DNA of 64,000 nt, taken from Trueperaceae bacterium. Its GTDB lineage: Bacteria; Deinococcota; Deinococci; Deinococcales; Trueperaceae. Below are positions 32,778-45,644 of the stretch, in pieces; position 1 is the first letter of the stretch; each line of letters starts with the position of its first letter. A program made the position numbers and the translations under genes. The notes below the pieces were generated by a model. That model ran no database searches and had not been told where the DNA came from. It was given only the letters and a program-made list of their open reading frames with translations. The stretch is from positions 192,001 to 256,000 of the forward strand of contig JAXHNB010000005.1 of the NCBI GenBank assembly GCA_034520945.1, written 5' to 3'.

Positions 32778-33341
32778 TCAGCGAATGCCGGGCGGAACCT
32801 GCGTCGGGGGCGGCTCGGGCAGGCCCTCGGGCATGGGAACCCCCTCGAGGCGCTTCATCATGCCGTTCTCGTTGCACCCGACGAAGAAGGGGCAGCGCAG
32901 GCACTCCGACCACACGCGAGGGTGCAGGTTCTTGGTCTTGTCGATCAGGTGGAACCCGCAGCGCTCGAAGAAGCCGACCTCGTACGTCCATGCGAACAAC
33001 AACGGAATGCCGACCCGCCGGGCCTCCTCCTCGCAGGCGGCCACCAGCGCCCGCCCCACCCCCTTGGCCTCCACGTCCGGCGCCACCGCCAAGCCCCGAA
33101 CCTCGGCGATGTCGCCCCACAGGACGTGCAGCGCCCCGTTGCCCGCGAACGCGACGCTGCCGTCCGGCCGTTCCACCTCGGCCACGAAGAAGTCGCGGAG
33201 GTTCTCGAAGATGTCCTGCGTGGGTCGCACCAGCATGCGGGACTGCCGCGCCCAGTAGCCGATGTTCTCGAAGATGCGCGGCACGTCGGAGGCGCGGGCG
33301 TGCCGGACGTGCACGGACGCGGCCGCCTCGGGCGTGCTCAC
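32778..33341 (-). CDS. GNAT N-acetyltransferase, short ArgA-like N-acetylglutamate synthase
   Basis: IFENLRDFFV, AEVRGLAV, WSECLRCP..GCNE; coupled to argH. Confidence 0.82.
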   Translation of the reverse strand: MSTPEAAASVHVRHARASDVPRIFENIGYWARQSRMLVRPTQDIFENLRDFFVAEVERPDGSVAFAGNGALHVLWGDIAEVRGLAVAPDVEAKGVGRALVAACEEEARRVGIPLLFAWTYEVGFFERCGFHLIDKTKNLHPRVWSECLRCPFFVGCNENGMMKRLEGVPMPEGLPEPPPTQVPPGIR

Positions 33342-34750
33342 CGCGGGTCCTCCCCCTCGGGCGCCTCCTCCGCCAGCGCCCCCTGCAGCGCGTCGATGCG
33401 TTCCCGCACGCGCACCTGGGCCGTGCCGCCGTAGCTGGTGCGGCCGGCCACCACCTGCTCCAGGGCCAGCGCGCCATACACGTCGGCTTCGATGGCGTCG
33501 TCGACGGCGCGCATCGTCTCGAGCGGCAGCGCCTCCAGCGAGACGCCGCGCTCCAGCGCGGTCCGCACCAGCCGCCCGACCCGCTCGTGCGCCTCGCGGA
33601 ACGGCCGGCCCTTGCGGACCAGGTAGTCCGCCAGGTCGGTGGCGTTGGCGTAGGCCTCGGCCGCCGCCGCGCGCATCCGTTCGGCGTTCACCTGGGTCCG
33701 GGGCAGCATGTCGGCCTGCAGCGTCAGGCAGGCCCGCAGGGTGGCCACCGCGTCGAACACCCCCTCCTTGTCCTCCTGCATGTCCTTGTTGTACGCCAGC
33801 GGCAGGCCCTTCATCACGGTCAACGACGCCATCAACGCGCCGTACACGCGGCCGGTCTTGCCGCGGATCAGCTCGCTGACGTCGGGGTTCTTCTTCTGCG
33901 GCATGATGGAGCTTCCCGTGGTGTGGCTGTCGGGCAGCGTCACGAAGCCGAACTCCTGCGTCGACCACAAAATCAGTTCCTCCGACATGCGCGACAGGTG
34001 CATCATGCACAGGCTGGCCGCCGCCAGGAACTCGATCGCGAAGTCGCGGTCGCTGACGGCGTCCATCGAGTTGTCCGCCGGCCGCGCGAAGCCCAGCAGC
34101 GCCGCGGTGCGGTGGCGGTCGATGGGAAAGGTGGTGCCGGCCAGCGCACCCGCGCCCAGCGGGCTGACGTTCATGCGGGCCAGCCCGTCGCGCAGGCGCC
34201 CCTCGTCGCGCGCCAGCATCTCCTGCCAGGCCAGCACGTGATGCGAGAACAACACCGGTTGGGCGACCTGCAGGTGCGTGTAGCCCGGCATCACCACGCC
34301 CAGGTGCGCCTCGGCGAGGTCGACCAGCACGCGGCGCAGCGCGCGGAGCAGGCGCAGCAGGACCCGGACGTGCCGCCGCAGCCACATCCGGAAGTCGGTC
34401 GCGACCTGGTCGTTGCGGCTGCGGGCGGTGTGCAGGCGCCCCCCGACCGGTCCGATGCGCTGTGTCAACGCCGCCTCGAGGTTCATGTGCACGTCCTCCA
34501 GCGCAAGCTGCCAGTCGAAGGTTCCCGCCTCGACCTCGCCGCGCAGGTCACGAAGGCCCGCGATCAGCGCCGCGGCGTCCTCCTCCGGCACGATGCCCTG
34601 CTCGCCCAGCATGCGGGCGTGCGCCTCCGATCCGCTCAGGTCGTCCAGCGCCAGCTCGCGGTCGACGTCGATCGAGGCGTTGAACGCCTGCACCATTAGG
34701 TCGGTGTCGCCTGTGAACCGACCGCCCCACATCCGCTTGGCGGCGTTCAT
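33338..34750 (-). CDS. argH: Argininosuccinate lyase
   Basis: WGGRF, RSRNDQVATD, PGYTHLQ, GSSIMPQKKNPD. Confidence 0.97.
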   Translation of the reverse strand: MNAAKRMWGGRFTGDTDLMVQAFNASIDVDRELALDDLSGSEAHARMLGEQGIVPEEDAAALIAGLRDLRGEVEAGTFDWQLALEDVHMNLEAALTQRIGPVGGRLHTARSRNDQVATDFRMWLRRHVRVLLRLLRALRRVLVDLAEAHLGVVMPGYTHLQVAQPVLFSHHVLAWQEMLARDEGRLRDGLARMNVSPLGAGALAGTTFPIDRHRTAALLGFARPADNSMDAVSDRDFAIEFLAAASLCMMHLSRMSEELILWSTQEFGFVTLPDSHTTGSSIMPQKKNPDVSELIRGKTGRVYGALMASLTVMKGLPLAYNKDMQEDKEGVFDAVATLRACLTLQADMLPRTQVNAERMRAAAAEAYANATDLADYLVRKGRPFREAHERVGRLVRTALERGVSLEALPLETMRAVDDAIEADVYGALALEQVVAGRTSYGGTAQVRVRERIDALQGALAEEAPEGEDPR

Positions 34751-35271
34751 GGCGCGGTGCTCGGCTGACGCTGCCAGGTGCCGCCGACGCGCTTGTGCAG
34801 CTCCACGCCGGCGCCGTCACGGCCGACCTCGCGGTAGCCCAGCCGCTGGTAGTAGGGCAGCAGCGCCTCCTGGGCGCGGGGGAGCGTCAGCGACAGCGAC
34901 TGCACGTTGCGCTTGATCGCCAACGCCTCGACCTTGGTCATCAACCAGCGGCCGAACCCCTGCCCCCGCGCTTCCGGGAGGGTGGCGATGGGGTCGACGC
35001 GCCATCCGCTGCCGCTGCCCGCCCAGCGCCAGCGGAGACCGCACAGCGCGCGGCCCTGGGCGTCCTCCAGCACCAGGGCGCCGCCGTGCTCCAGCCAGCC
35101 CTGCATGGTCTCGGTCGTGTCCGGAACGTCGTCGCCGCTCGCCTCGTCGGCGCAGGCCTCACGCCACAAGCGCGCCAGGCGTTCGGCGTCGCCCTGGCTG
35201 GCCCAGCGGAGCCGGGCGGCCTCGTAGGCGCGGTTGGAGCCGAGTTCCGCCGGGTCCGCCACCGTGCTCAC
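34747..35271 (-). CDS. GNAT family N-acetyltransferase
   Basis: [16 protein letters not shown]; coupled between argG and argH. Confidence 0.85.
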   Translation of the reverse strand: MSTVADPAELGSNRAYEAARLRWASQGDAERLARLWREACADEASGDDVPDTTETMQGWLEHGGALVLEDAQGRALCGLRWRWAGSGSGWRVDPIATLPEARGQGFGRWLMTKVEALAIKRNVQSLSLTLPRAQEALLPYYQRLGYREVGRDGAGVELHKRVGGTWQRQPSTAP

Positions 35272-36494
35272 GCCCCGTCTGGGCCTTGTGGCCCCTCAGC
35301 CGCCTGCCGGGCGATGCGGAGCCGCAACGCGTTCAGCTTGATGAACCCCTCCGCGTCGCCCTGGTGGTAGACGTCGTCCTCCTCGAAGGTGACGACGTCG
35401 CGCCGGTAGAGGCTGTTCGGGCTCTTGCGCCCCGTGATCATGAGCGAGCCCTTGAACAGCTTCAGGCGCGCCGTTCCGTTGACGGGTCGCTGCACGTCGT
35501 CCATCAGGTTCTGGAGCGCTTCGCGCTCGGGCGCGTACCAGAAGCCGTCGTACACGCACTGCGCGTAGCGTGGGATCAGCTCGTCGCGCATCTCGAGCAC
35601 CTTGCGGTCCAGCGTGATCTGCTCGACGGCCTTGTGGGCGTGGTAGAGCAGCGTCCCGCCGGGCGTCTCGTAACACCCGCGCGACTTCATGCCGACGAAG
35701 CGGTTCTCGACGATGTCGACCCGCCCCACGCCGTGCGCGCCGGCCAACTCGTTGGCGCGGGTCAGCAACGCGACCGGGTCCAGGCGTTCGCCGTCGATGG
35801 CGACGGGATCGCCGTGCTCGAAGGTGACCTCGACGCTGCGCGGCGTGTCCGGCGCCTGCTCCGGGCTGGCGGTGCGGTCCCACATCTCGGCGGGGGGCTC
35901 GTGCCAGGGATCCTCCAGGACGCCGCCCTCGTAGCTGACATGGAACAGGTTGGCGTCCATCGAGAACGGCTTCTCCTTGGTGGCCGACACCGGGATGCCG
36001 TGCGCTTCGGCGTAGGCGATGCAGTCCTCGCGGCCCTTCAGGTCCCACTCGCGCCACGGGGCGATCACCCGAATGTCGGGCGCCAGCGCGTAGGCGGACA
36101 TCTCGAAGCGCACCTGGTCGTTGCCCTTGCCCGTCGCGCCGTGCGCGATGGCGTCCGCGCCCTCCTCTCGCGCGATCTCGACCATCTTGCGGGCGATCAG
36201 GGGCCGCGCGAAGCTGGTGCCGAGAAGGTAGTACCCCTCGTAGATGGCGCCGGCGCGCAGGACGGGGAACACGAACTCGCGGACGAAGGCGTCTTTGAGG
36301 TCGACGGCGTAGGCGTGCGAGGCGCCGGTCGCCAACGCCTTGCGTTCGGCCTCGGCCACCTCCTCGCCCTGGCCGACGTCGGCGGTGAAGGCGATCACCT
36401 CGGCGCCGTAGGTCTCCTTGATCCAGGCGAGGATGACGGAGGTATCCAGCCCGCCGGAGTAGGCGAGCACCACCTTGCGAACGTCGCGGGTCAT
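35268..36494 (-). CDS. argG: Argininosuccinate synthase
   Basis: [44 protein letters not shown]. Confidence 0.97.
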   Translation of the reverse strand: MTRDVRKVVLAYSGGLDTSVILAWIKETYGAEVIAFTADVGQGEEVAEAERKALATGASHAYAVDLKDAFVREFVFPVLRAGAIYEGYYLLGTSFARPLIARKMVEIAREEGADAIAHGATGKGNDQVRFEMSAYALAPDIRVIAPWREWDLKGREDCIAYAEAHGIPVSATKEKPFSMDANLFHVSYEGGVLEDPWHEPPAEMWDRTASPEQAPDTPRSVEVTFEHGDPVAIDGERLDPVALLTRANELAGAHGVGRVDIVENRFVGMKSRGCYETPGGTLLYHAHKAVEQITLDRKVLEMRDELIPRYAQCVYDGFWYAPEREALQNLMDDVQRPVNGTARLKLFKGSLMITGRKSPNSLYRRDVVTFEEDDVYHQGDAEGFIKLNALRLRIARQAAEGPQGPDGA

Positions 36495-36577
36495 TGGGGC
36501 CTCCTCGGGGTCCGAAGAACGACCCACGCCACGGTCGCACCGCGACACGCCGAATCTCCGCCCGCTCGGAGCGGGGG

Positions 36578-36622
36578 TCAGCGGCGTCGGGCGCGGCGTG
36601 TGGTGTGGGTGTGGTGGGTCAT
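36578..36622 (-). CDS. Candidate argG leader peptide [14 protein letters not shown]
   Basis: ATG ACC CAC CAC ACC CAC ACC ACA CGC CGC GCC CGA CGC CGC TGA; 5 Arg in the last 6 codons, 83 nt upstream of argG. Confidence 0.7.
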   Translation of the reverse strand: MTHHTHTTRRARRR

Positions 36623-36633
36623 GGGGATACGCC

Positions 36634-36655
36634 ACGTTGCATGGGTATGCAACGT
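36634..36655. promoter_or_regulatory. Candidate ARG box (ArgR operator)
   Basis: ACGTTGCAT-GGGT-ATGCAACGT perfect palindrome with TGCAT-N4-ATGCA core; extended -10 TGCTAGATT on minus at 36681-36673. Confidence 0.65.
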
Positions 36656-36697
36656 AGGCGATGACGCCCAGCAATCTAGCACCCCCCGCAGGTGCGG

Positions 36698-37603
36698 TCA
36701 AGCGTCCGGCGCGGTCGGCGCCGGCGGCAGCGTGCGCCGCGGGCGCCACCCCGACAGGGCGGCGCAGCACAACACCACGGCGGCGCCGGCGAGGCCCAGC
36801 GCGCCCATGCGCTCCCCGAAGGCGGCCCAGGCGACGGCGCCGGCCACCACCGGTTCGACCGTGGCCACCAGCACCGCGCGCGACGCGGTCGCGCGCCGCA
36901 GACCGAGGCCGTACAGGAGGTAGGCCAGGTAGGTGGACACCAGCGCCGCGCCCGCCAACAAAAGCCAGGCCTGCGGCGGTTTGGCGCCCCACGGCACGAA
37001 CGGGGCGATGCCGATCGCCCCCAGCGGCAGGGCCACGCCGTACAGCTGGACCGGCGGCTGCCGCGCCAGCAGGCGTTTGCCCAGCAGGTAGTAGCTGGCG
37101 TACCCGAACCCCGCCGCCAACCCCCAGGCGATCGCGGCCGGCGTCGGGGTGACCCCCTCGCCCTGCGCGAACGACACCAGCGCTACGCCCGACATGACGC
37201 CGGCGGTGAGGGCCCACTGCAACGCCGTGGGCCGTTCCCCCAGGATCGGGCCGGAGGTGAGGGTCACCCAGGCGGGCGCCGTGTACAGCAACACGAACGC
37301 CAGGCTGATGCCGCCCGCGTCGATGGCGCGGATCAACGCGACGTAGAACAGGCTCACCCCGATCACCGCGAACGCTGCGGTGCCCACGGCGTGGGCGGGG
37401 GGGACGGGGCGGAGGCGTCGCGCGACGAGGGCATGCGCGGCGAAGGCCGATCCGCCGAGGAGCGCCCGCCAGAAGGCGATCTCGGTCGCGGCCACCCCCA
37501 ACGCCAGCAGTCCGGCCGAAAACGCGCCCAACAGGCCCCACAACACGGCGGCCGCCGCGACCAGCACCAGGCCGCCCAGCTCGCCGCCGGGCGCGTCGCT
37601 CAC
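36698..37603 (-). CDS. EamA/DMT family transporter
   Basis: Many TM helices, [23 protein letters not shown]. Confidence 0.9.
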   Translation of the reverse strand: MSDAPGGELGGLVLVAAAAVLWGLLGAFSAGLLALGVAATEIAFWRALLGGSAFAAHALVARRLRPVPPAHAVGTAAFAVIGVSLFYVALIRAIDAGGISLAFVLLYTAPAWVTLTSGPILGERPTALQWALTAGVMSGVALVSFAQGEGVTPTPAAIAWGLAAGFGYASYYLLGKRLLARQPPVQLYGVALPLGAIGIAPFVPWGAKPPQAWLLLAGAALVSTYLAYLLYGLGLRRATASRAVLVATVEPVVAGAVAWAAFGERMGALGLAGAAVVLCCAALSGWRPRRTLPPAPTAPDA

Positions 37604-39780
37604 GCCTCAGGGTCGCGCGGGGGCAGCTCCAGCCCGTACGAACGGGCGAGGTCCGGCTTTTCCTCCCGCAGGGCGCGCATGCGCCGTCGGTAATTCGCCG
37701 CCTCGACGGCGAAGCCGGCGGCGTTCAGCACCAGGATCGTCGCCAGGATCCAGACCTCCGTGCGCATCCCCAGCCCCAACGCGCCGGGCGCGCCGGCCCA
37801 CTGCCGGGCCACGTCGCCGGCCAGGATCGACCCGGGCACCAGAAGCAGCAGCCCCCACAGCTCGTCCAGGTGCCCGCTTCCGGGCACCAGCAACGCCAGC
37901 ACGTGGTAGGCGGGGGTGCGGGGCGCCCGCTTGGAGACGCGTGGCCTGGGGATCAGCAGGTTGACCGTTAGCGCGACGAACAGCGTGGCGCAGGCGGCCA
38001 GGAACGCCCACCAGGCGGGGGGTGGCACGCCGGCGGGGCGTGCCTGGGCCGAGCTGCGCCACGGCGCCGTGAAGGCACCGCTTAGCGCGTCGCGCCAGTC
38101 GCCGGCCGCCGCCAGGGCGAAGGCGTACGGCGTCGGCACGGCCAGCAAAGGGTCGTCCTGGAGGTAGCGTTCATGGAACGGCGACGGGTTCGCGGCCTCG
38201 GACAGGTGATGGCGGACCACGAGGTCGCGCGGGTCCGCCTCCAGCGCGGCCGTGAGCAGCGACGCGTCCCCCGTGAGCACCGCCCGGTTGACGAGGGCCG
38301 GCGCGATCTCGCCCGCGCGCGCCAGTTCACGCAGCGCCGCCTCCTCCTCGCCGCGCATCGCCAGGGAGGTGCCGCGCGCGAAGGCGGCGTACGGGGTGTC
38401 GGGGAAGGCCTCCACCGCGTCCACGGCCGGGACGCTGGCCAGGGTCCCGGACGCCAGCGCCGGGGGCAGGTCCTCGCCCCGGTCGGCCCAACCGCCCAGC
38501 ACGGCCATCAGGCCGGCCAGCGCCAGCACCACCAACAGCGCCAGCTTCTCGGGCGTGCCCAGGTGGCGTGGCACCCAGGCGCGCGCCAGGGCGGGGGTGG
38601 ACTGTCCCCGTTCGCGGCGTTGCTTGCGCGCCAGCGTCTGGGCGCGCCACACCTTGGCCAGCAGGGTGAGCCACGCCAGCAGAAGGCCGGCGCCTAGGGC
38701 GGCGGCGCCGCCGTGCCCGAAGCGGCCCAGCGACAGCGCCGCCTGGTCCACCCAGGTCGACATGCCGGCACGCTCGAAGGCGCGGGCGCGCTCACGCCAG
38801 ACGGCGGCCGCTTCGCGGTCGCCGCGTTCGCGCAGCAGGTCCGCGAACGCCTCGAGTTCGTCCACGGTGCCGGGGGCCGCTTGGGCGGTGAGGCGCCAGG
38901 CGTACGGCGCCAGGATGCGGGCGGTCCCCAGATCGCCGTCCGCGACCGCCCGGCCGAAGGCCGCGAAGCCGTACGCGGCGCGCAGCGCGGGATCGGTCGC
39001 CAGCCGCGGATCGTAGTCGCGTGCGGCGAAGTCGGACAGCGCCGCTTCCATCGCGTCTGCCGCCGCCCCTTCGTGCCCCTCTTGGGCCAGGGCCGCCCCG
39101 AGGCCGAACGATTCGAAGAACGGCAACGCCGCGGCGGCGTCCACGGCGTCGTCCCGCAAGGCCTCGGCCTCCTCCGGGTCGCCGGCGCTGCGCGACGCCG
39201 CCAGCGCCAACCACGGGTCCGTGGGGTCGCGCGCCCACGCCGTCGCGGCGTCTTCCGCCTCGGCCGCACCTTTGCGCAGCTGATCGAACGTCCGGGGGTC
39301 GGTTCCGAAGCGGACCGGCGCGGCGGGACCGTCGGCCCCGATCGGGAGCGTTTCGGAGCGGCCCGTGGCGTGCACGACCTCGACGACGAGGCCGTCGTCG
39401 CCGCGGCGCAGGGCCTCCGCAGCCGCGGGCAGCGCCGCGCGCCGCCGCACCTCGCCCGTGGCGGCGTCCAGGAAGACGAGGTACGTCCCATGCGCCACGA
39501 CCACCTGATCATCGCGGCGGACCGGCGCCAGCGCCTCGACGCCGGCGGGGCGAAGGGCGACCCGCCATGCCTCCTCGCCGTCCCGCTGCGCCACGACGCT
39601 GGACGATGCGGCGTCCCAGGAGACCTGCAGCGCCGGCGCGTCCTCGTCCCCCGCCGCGGGCGCTTCGGGCGGCGCTTGCGCCGGCACGAGGCCGCAGCAG
39701 GCCACGACGGTCACGACGAGGAACGCGCGCACGAACCGGGCGCGGCGCGTACGCGGATCGGGATCGGACGTCCACAGCAT
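37600..39780 (-). CDS. Large membrane protein with extracytoplasmic beta-rich and helical domains, function unknown
   Basis: Signal peptide, several TM segments, ALLVPGSG motif; TAGGTT -10 six nt before ATG. Confidence 0.7.
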   Translation of the reverse strand: MLWTSDPDPRTRRARFVRAFLVVTVVACCGLVPAQAPPEAPAAGDEDAPALQVSWDAASSSVVAQRDGEEAWRVALRPAGVEALAPVRRDDQVVVAHGTYLVFLDAATGEVRRRAALPAAAEALRRGDDGLVVEVVHATGRSETLPIGADGPAAPVRFGTDPRTFDQLRKGAAEAEDAATAWARDPTDPWLALAASRSAGDPEEAEALRDDAVDAAAALPFFESFGLGAALAQEGHEGAAADAMEAALSDFAARDYDPRLATDPALRAAYGFAAFGRAVADGDLGTARILAPYAWRLTAQAAPGTVDELEAFADLLRERGDREAAAVWRERARAFERAGMSTWVDQAALSLGRFGHGGAAALGAGLLLAWLTLLAKVWRAQTLARKQRRERGQSTPALARAWVPRHLGTPEKLALLVVLALAGLMAVLGGWADRGEDLPPALASGTLASVPAVDAVEAFPDTPYAAFARGTSLAMRGEEEAALRELARAGEIAPALVNRAVLTGDASLLTAALEADPRDLVVRHHLSEAANPSPFHERYLQDDPLLAVPTPYAFALAAAGDWRDALSGAFTAPWRSSAQARPAGVPPPAWWAFLAACATLFVALTVNLLIPRPRVSKRAPRTPAYHVLALLVPGSGHLDELWGLLLLVPGSILAGDVARQWAGAPGALGLGMRTEVWILATILVLNAAGFAVEAANYRRRMRALREEKPDLARSYGLELPPRDPEA

Positions 39781-39878
39781 GCCGCCAACCTACCGCACCA
39801 CCTCCGTGCGCGGGCGCGGATCCTCCTGGCGGACCGCCGCCGCAGGGACCGTCACGGACGGCTGCTATACTTCGCGAG

Positions 39879-40574
39879 ATGTCTTTTGAAGCGTGGTCCC
39901 GGTTGGCCGAGCCGTTCGGGCCCGACGGCGTGGCGTGGGACGCGGTGGCCGAGGCCGCGGACGGGGCGCGGGTACGTCTGGCCCCCAGGCCGTCCGCGGC
40001 GGCGCTGCGGGCCCGCTTGGACGAGGTGGTGGGCCCGGAGGCCTGGTCGCTACGGCTTCGGCCGTGGGGCGCGGATGGGTTGATCGCCGAACTCGCCATC
40101 GGCGGCGCGACCCGCGCGGCGGCCCGCAAGGCCCCGCCTGGGCGCCGGACGCATGCCGGTGCGGCCGCCCCGGAGGCCGGGTGGGACGCCGACCGCCTGG
40201 CGGCGTCGGCGTTCGCCGCGGCCGCCGGCGCGTTCGGGATCGAGACCGGCATCCGCCTGCAGGACGACGGATGGGTCGACGCCGACCCCGACACGGGCGA
40301 GCCCCTGTACCTCCCCGAGCACCGTGGGGCGGCCCCCGCGCCGCCCGCCGACCCGCCGTCCGGCGGGACCGATGGCGCCGCACCCGCCGATGACAAGCCC
40401 GAAGGGCACGCCATGATCGACCGGCTGGTCGAGCGTCTGCGCGGGGAAGGGCTCGGCGCCGAGGCCGCCCGGATCGTCACATTGCACGGCGGGTACGGCC
40501 GCGACGCCGAGGAGCGCCGCGCCCTGTACGCCGAACTGCGTGCCGTGCTGGTCCAGGGGGGGCCGCGGGCGTGA
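39879..40574 (+). CDS. Rad52/Rad22-like (DdrA-paralogue) single-strand annealing protein
   Basis: RLAEPF, RLDEVVGPEAWS, AFGI; TGCTATACT -10 seven nt before ATG. Confidence 0.65.
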   Translation: MSFEAWSRLAEPFGPDGVAWDAVAEAADGARVRLAPRPSAAALRARLDEVVGPEAWSLRLRPWGADGLIAELAIGGATRAAARKAPPGRRTHAGAAAPEAGWDADRLAASAFAAAAGAFGIETGIRLQDDGWVDADPDTGEPLYLPEHRGAAPAPPADPPSGGTDGAAPADDKPEGHAMIDRLVERLRGEGLGAEAARIVTLHGGYGRDAEERRALYAELRAVLVQGGPRA

Positions 40575-41320
40575 TCAAGGTGGTGGCGGTCGGGGACGTG
40601 CACGGCATGTGGGCCGAGTTGTGGCGCGTCCTCAAGGCCTCGGCGGCCGCCACGCCCAACCTGGAGCCCACCGACGCGGTGATCACCGGGCGGGTGCAGG
40701 TGGTCTGCGTCGGCGACCTGGTGCACTACAAGGACGCCCGCGCCTACGCCAGCGCCGCCGGCGTCGAACCGTACGACGCCAGCGATCCCGACCACCTGCG
40801 GCGGGCCGCCAAGGCGCAGATCCGCGAACTGTACCGGTTCCAGCGCTACGTCCAGCAGGCCGGCGGGCACGTGCAGGTCATCCTCGGCAACCACGACGAC
40901 GTGGCGCTGCACCACCGCTACGAACTGTCCACCCGCGGCGGCCTACGGCACGACGAGTTCGATCCGAAACGGGGTGGGATGGAGCTCCCAGGCGACCTGC
41001 GGACCTGGTTCGAAGGGTTCCCGAGGGAGGTGCGGCGTCACGGCGTGCAGTTCGCCCATGCCGGGCCGACGCCGGGCATGCAGCAGTTCGACGATTTCTT
41101 CTATCACGACCCCGACACCAAGCGTTGGTGGTTCGAGAAGCCCGAGCTGGTGCGTCAGGCGGGCCACCGCTTCGGCGTGTACGGCCACACCGTGATGAAG
41201 GACGGCGTCTACGTCGACCGCGAGCACGGGTTGGCGATGATCGACGCGCTGGCGGAGACGCAGTTCCTGGAGATGTTCCTCGACGACGACCGGCTGGACT
41301 ACACCGTGACCCGGCTGTGA
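40571..41320 (+). CDS. Calcineurin-like metallophosphoesterase
   Basis: GDVHG, GDLVH, GNHD, HAG, YGHT. Confidence 0.88.
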   Translation: MIKVVAVGDVHGMWAELWRVLKASAAATPNLEPTDAVITGRVQVVCVGDLVHYKDARAYASAAGVEPYDASDPDHLRRAAKAQIRELYRFQRYVQQAGGHVQVILGNHDDVALHHRYELSTRGGLRHDEFDPKRGGMELPGDLRTWFEGFPREVRRHGVQFAHAGPTPGMQQFDDFFYHDPDTKRWWFEKPELVRQAGHRFGVYGHTVMKDGVYVDREHGLAMIDALAETQFLEMFLDDDRLDYTVTRL

Positions 41321-41345
41321 AGGCCCGAGGCCGGCGGGCGGGGCC

Positions 41346-42026
41346 TCACAGGGCGTAGCCGCCCTGGGCCGCGTCGCGCACCAGCTCGCCGCCCCGCAGC
41401 ACCACCGTCCGCCGTCGCAGCCGGTCCACGATGTCACGGGAGTGCGTCGCCACGAGCACCGTGGTACCGCGAATGTTGAGGTCGTTCAACAGTTCGAGGA
41501 TCTCCCAGCTGGTGTCGGGATCGAGGTTGCCCGTCGGCTCGTCGCAGAGCAGCAGCGGCGGGTTGGTCACCATGGCGCGCGCGATGGCGACGCGCTGCTG
41601 TTCGCCCAACGACAATTCGATCGGGCTCGCCTTGCGCTTGTGCGCCAGGCCGACCTGGCGCAACACCTGCAGGGCGCGCTGGTCCAGGTTGCCGCGCGTA
41701 CCGGTGGCGCGCAGGGCGAAGGTGAGGTTCTCGAGCGCCGAGCGGCCCCCCAGGAGTCGGTGGTCCTGGAACACCATGCCGATGGCGCGCCGCAGCAGCG
41801 GCAGCCTGCGTTCGGGAAGGAGCGCGAGATCTTGGTTGTTGACCAGGACGCGCCCGTCGCTCGGGGTGATCCGGCGCAGCAGCAGCGCCAGCAGCGTCGA
41901 CTTGCCCGCCCCCGAATGGCCCGTGACGTACACGAACTCGCCTTTGCGCACCGAGAAATCGACGTCGTAGAGCGCGTGGGTGTGCGTGCGCGCGTACGTC
42001 TTGGTGACGTGCTCGAACCGGATCAC
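41346..42026 (-). CDS. ftsE: Cell division ATP-binding protein FtsE
   Basis: MIRFEHVTKTY, GHSGAGKST, MVFQDHRLL, DEPTGNLDP. Confidence 0.85.
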   Translation of the reverse strand: MIRFEHVTKTYARTHTHALYDVDFSVRKGEFVYVTGHSGAGKSTLLALLLRRITPSDGRVLVNNQDLALLPERRLPLLRRAIGMVFQDHRLLGGRSALENLTFALRATGTRGNLDQRALQVLRQVGLAHKRKASPIELSLGEQQRVAIARAMVTNPPLLLCDEPTGNLDPDTSWEILELLNDLNIRGTTVLVATHSRDIVDRLRRRTVVLRGGELVRDAAQGGYAL

Positions 42027-42035
42027 GGCCCCATG

Positions 42036-42970
42036 CTACCGGGCGGCCGCCTCGCCCGCGAGGGCGCGGAGCAGCGTGGCGCGGGCGGCGTCCGCGTCGA
42101 TGCGCGTCAGGACCTCGGCGTTGGGCGTGCCGCGCAGGACGGGATCGCGCAGGTCGCACACCGTCATGCCGCGGGTGTGCTGGCCCCGCAACTCGACCGT
42201 CACCGCCGTCGCCTCGCGCTCGAACGTCGTGGGGTCGCTCAACGCCATCACCGCGCACACGTCGTGCATCGGCGCGCCTTGGCGACCGGTGCGACGCTGG
42301 TAGTTGGTATGGAAGAACGTCAGCAACTCGGCCGCGAACGCGCCCACCTCGCCGGGCATCGCCTGGAGGGCGTCGACCTCCGGCTGGCCGAGCCGGAACT
42401 GGTGCGTCAGGTCGAGCCCCGCCATCACCAGCTGGGCGCCGCTCCGGAACACGGTGTCGGCCGCTTCGGGGTCGGCCAGCACGTTGAACTCCGCCGCCGC
42501 GGTGGCGTTGCCGAAGCTGCGCGAGCCCGCCATCAGGCTGATCCCCCGCACGCGGCGGGGCAGCTCGGGGTCGAGGTGCATCGCCAGGGCGATGTTGGTG
42601 AGCGGTCCGATGCCGACCAGCCACAGATCACTGTAGCGCTGCGCCGCCCGCACGATCGCCTGCGCGGCCGGGAGGGGGTCGGCGGCACGCGTCGGCGTTC
42701 GGGGGTCGGGCCCGGCCAGGCCGCCTTCGCCGTGCACGTCGGGGGCGTGCCGGGGCGCGCCCACCAGCGGCCCGGCCGCACCGCGGTGGACCGGCACGTT
42801 CAGGCCGGCCACCTCGGTCAGGACCAGGGCATTGCGCGTGGTCGCATCGACGGGGGCGTTGCCGGACACCGTCGTGATCGCCACCACGTCGCAGCGACGC
42901 GCCGCGAACAGCAGCGCGAAGGCGTCGTCGTGGCCAGGGTCGCAGTCCAGCAGGATGCGTGGCGCGTCGC

Positions 42971-42974
<4 letters not shown>
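42036..42974 (-). CDS. Nucleoside hydrolase (IU-NH family)
   Basis: [32 protein letters not shown]. Confidence 0.93.
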
Positions 42975-45472
<2,498 letters not shown>

Positions 45473-45644
45473 GGGTGCCTCCTCGAATCCCTGCACGCGT
45501 CGCTCGGGCGAACCTCGGCAGCCCTGCGCCCCTGCCCGGGCGCGCGATGAAAACCGTGGCACTCTACCATTCGCACCGACCCCGGGTCGCCGCGCGTCGC
45601 GTGCTGGGCGCACGGCCGCGCCGCGAGGGGTGGTAGCGTTCCCC

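Noticed and set aside
36598..36620. GT-rich low-complexity tract as a microsatellite
   Set aside because: Better explained as the Thr/His codons of the minus-strand leader ORF
45473..45644. RDRM (DdrO) box upstream of gyrA
   Set aside because: No AT-rich TTATG/TTACG..CGTAA-like 17-bp palindrome visible
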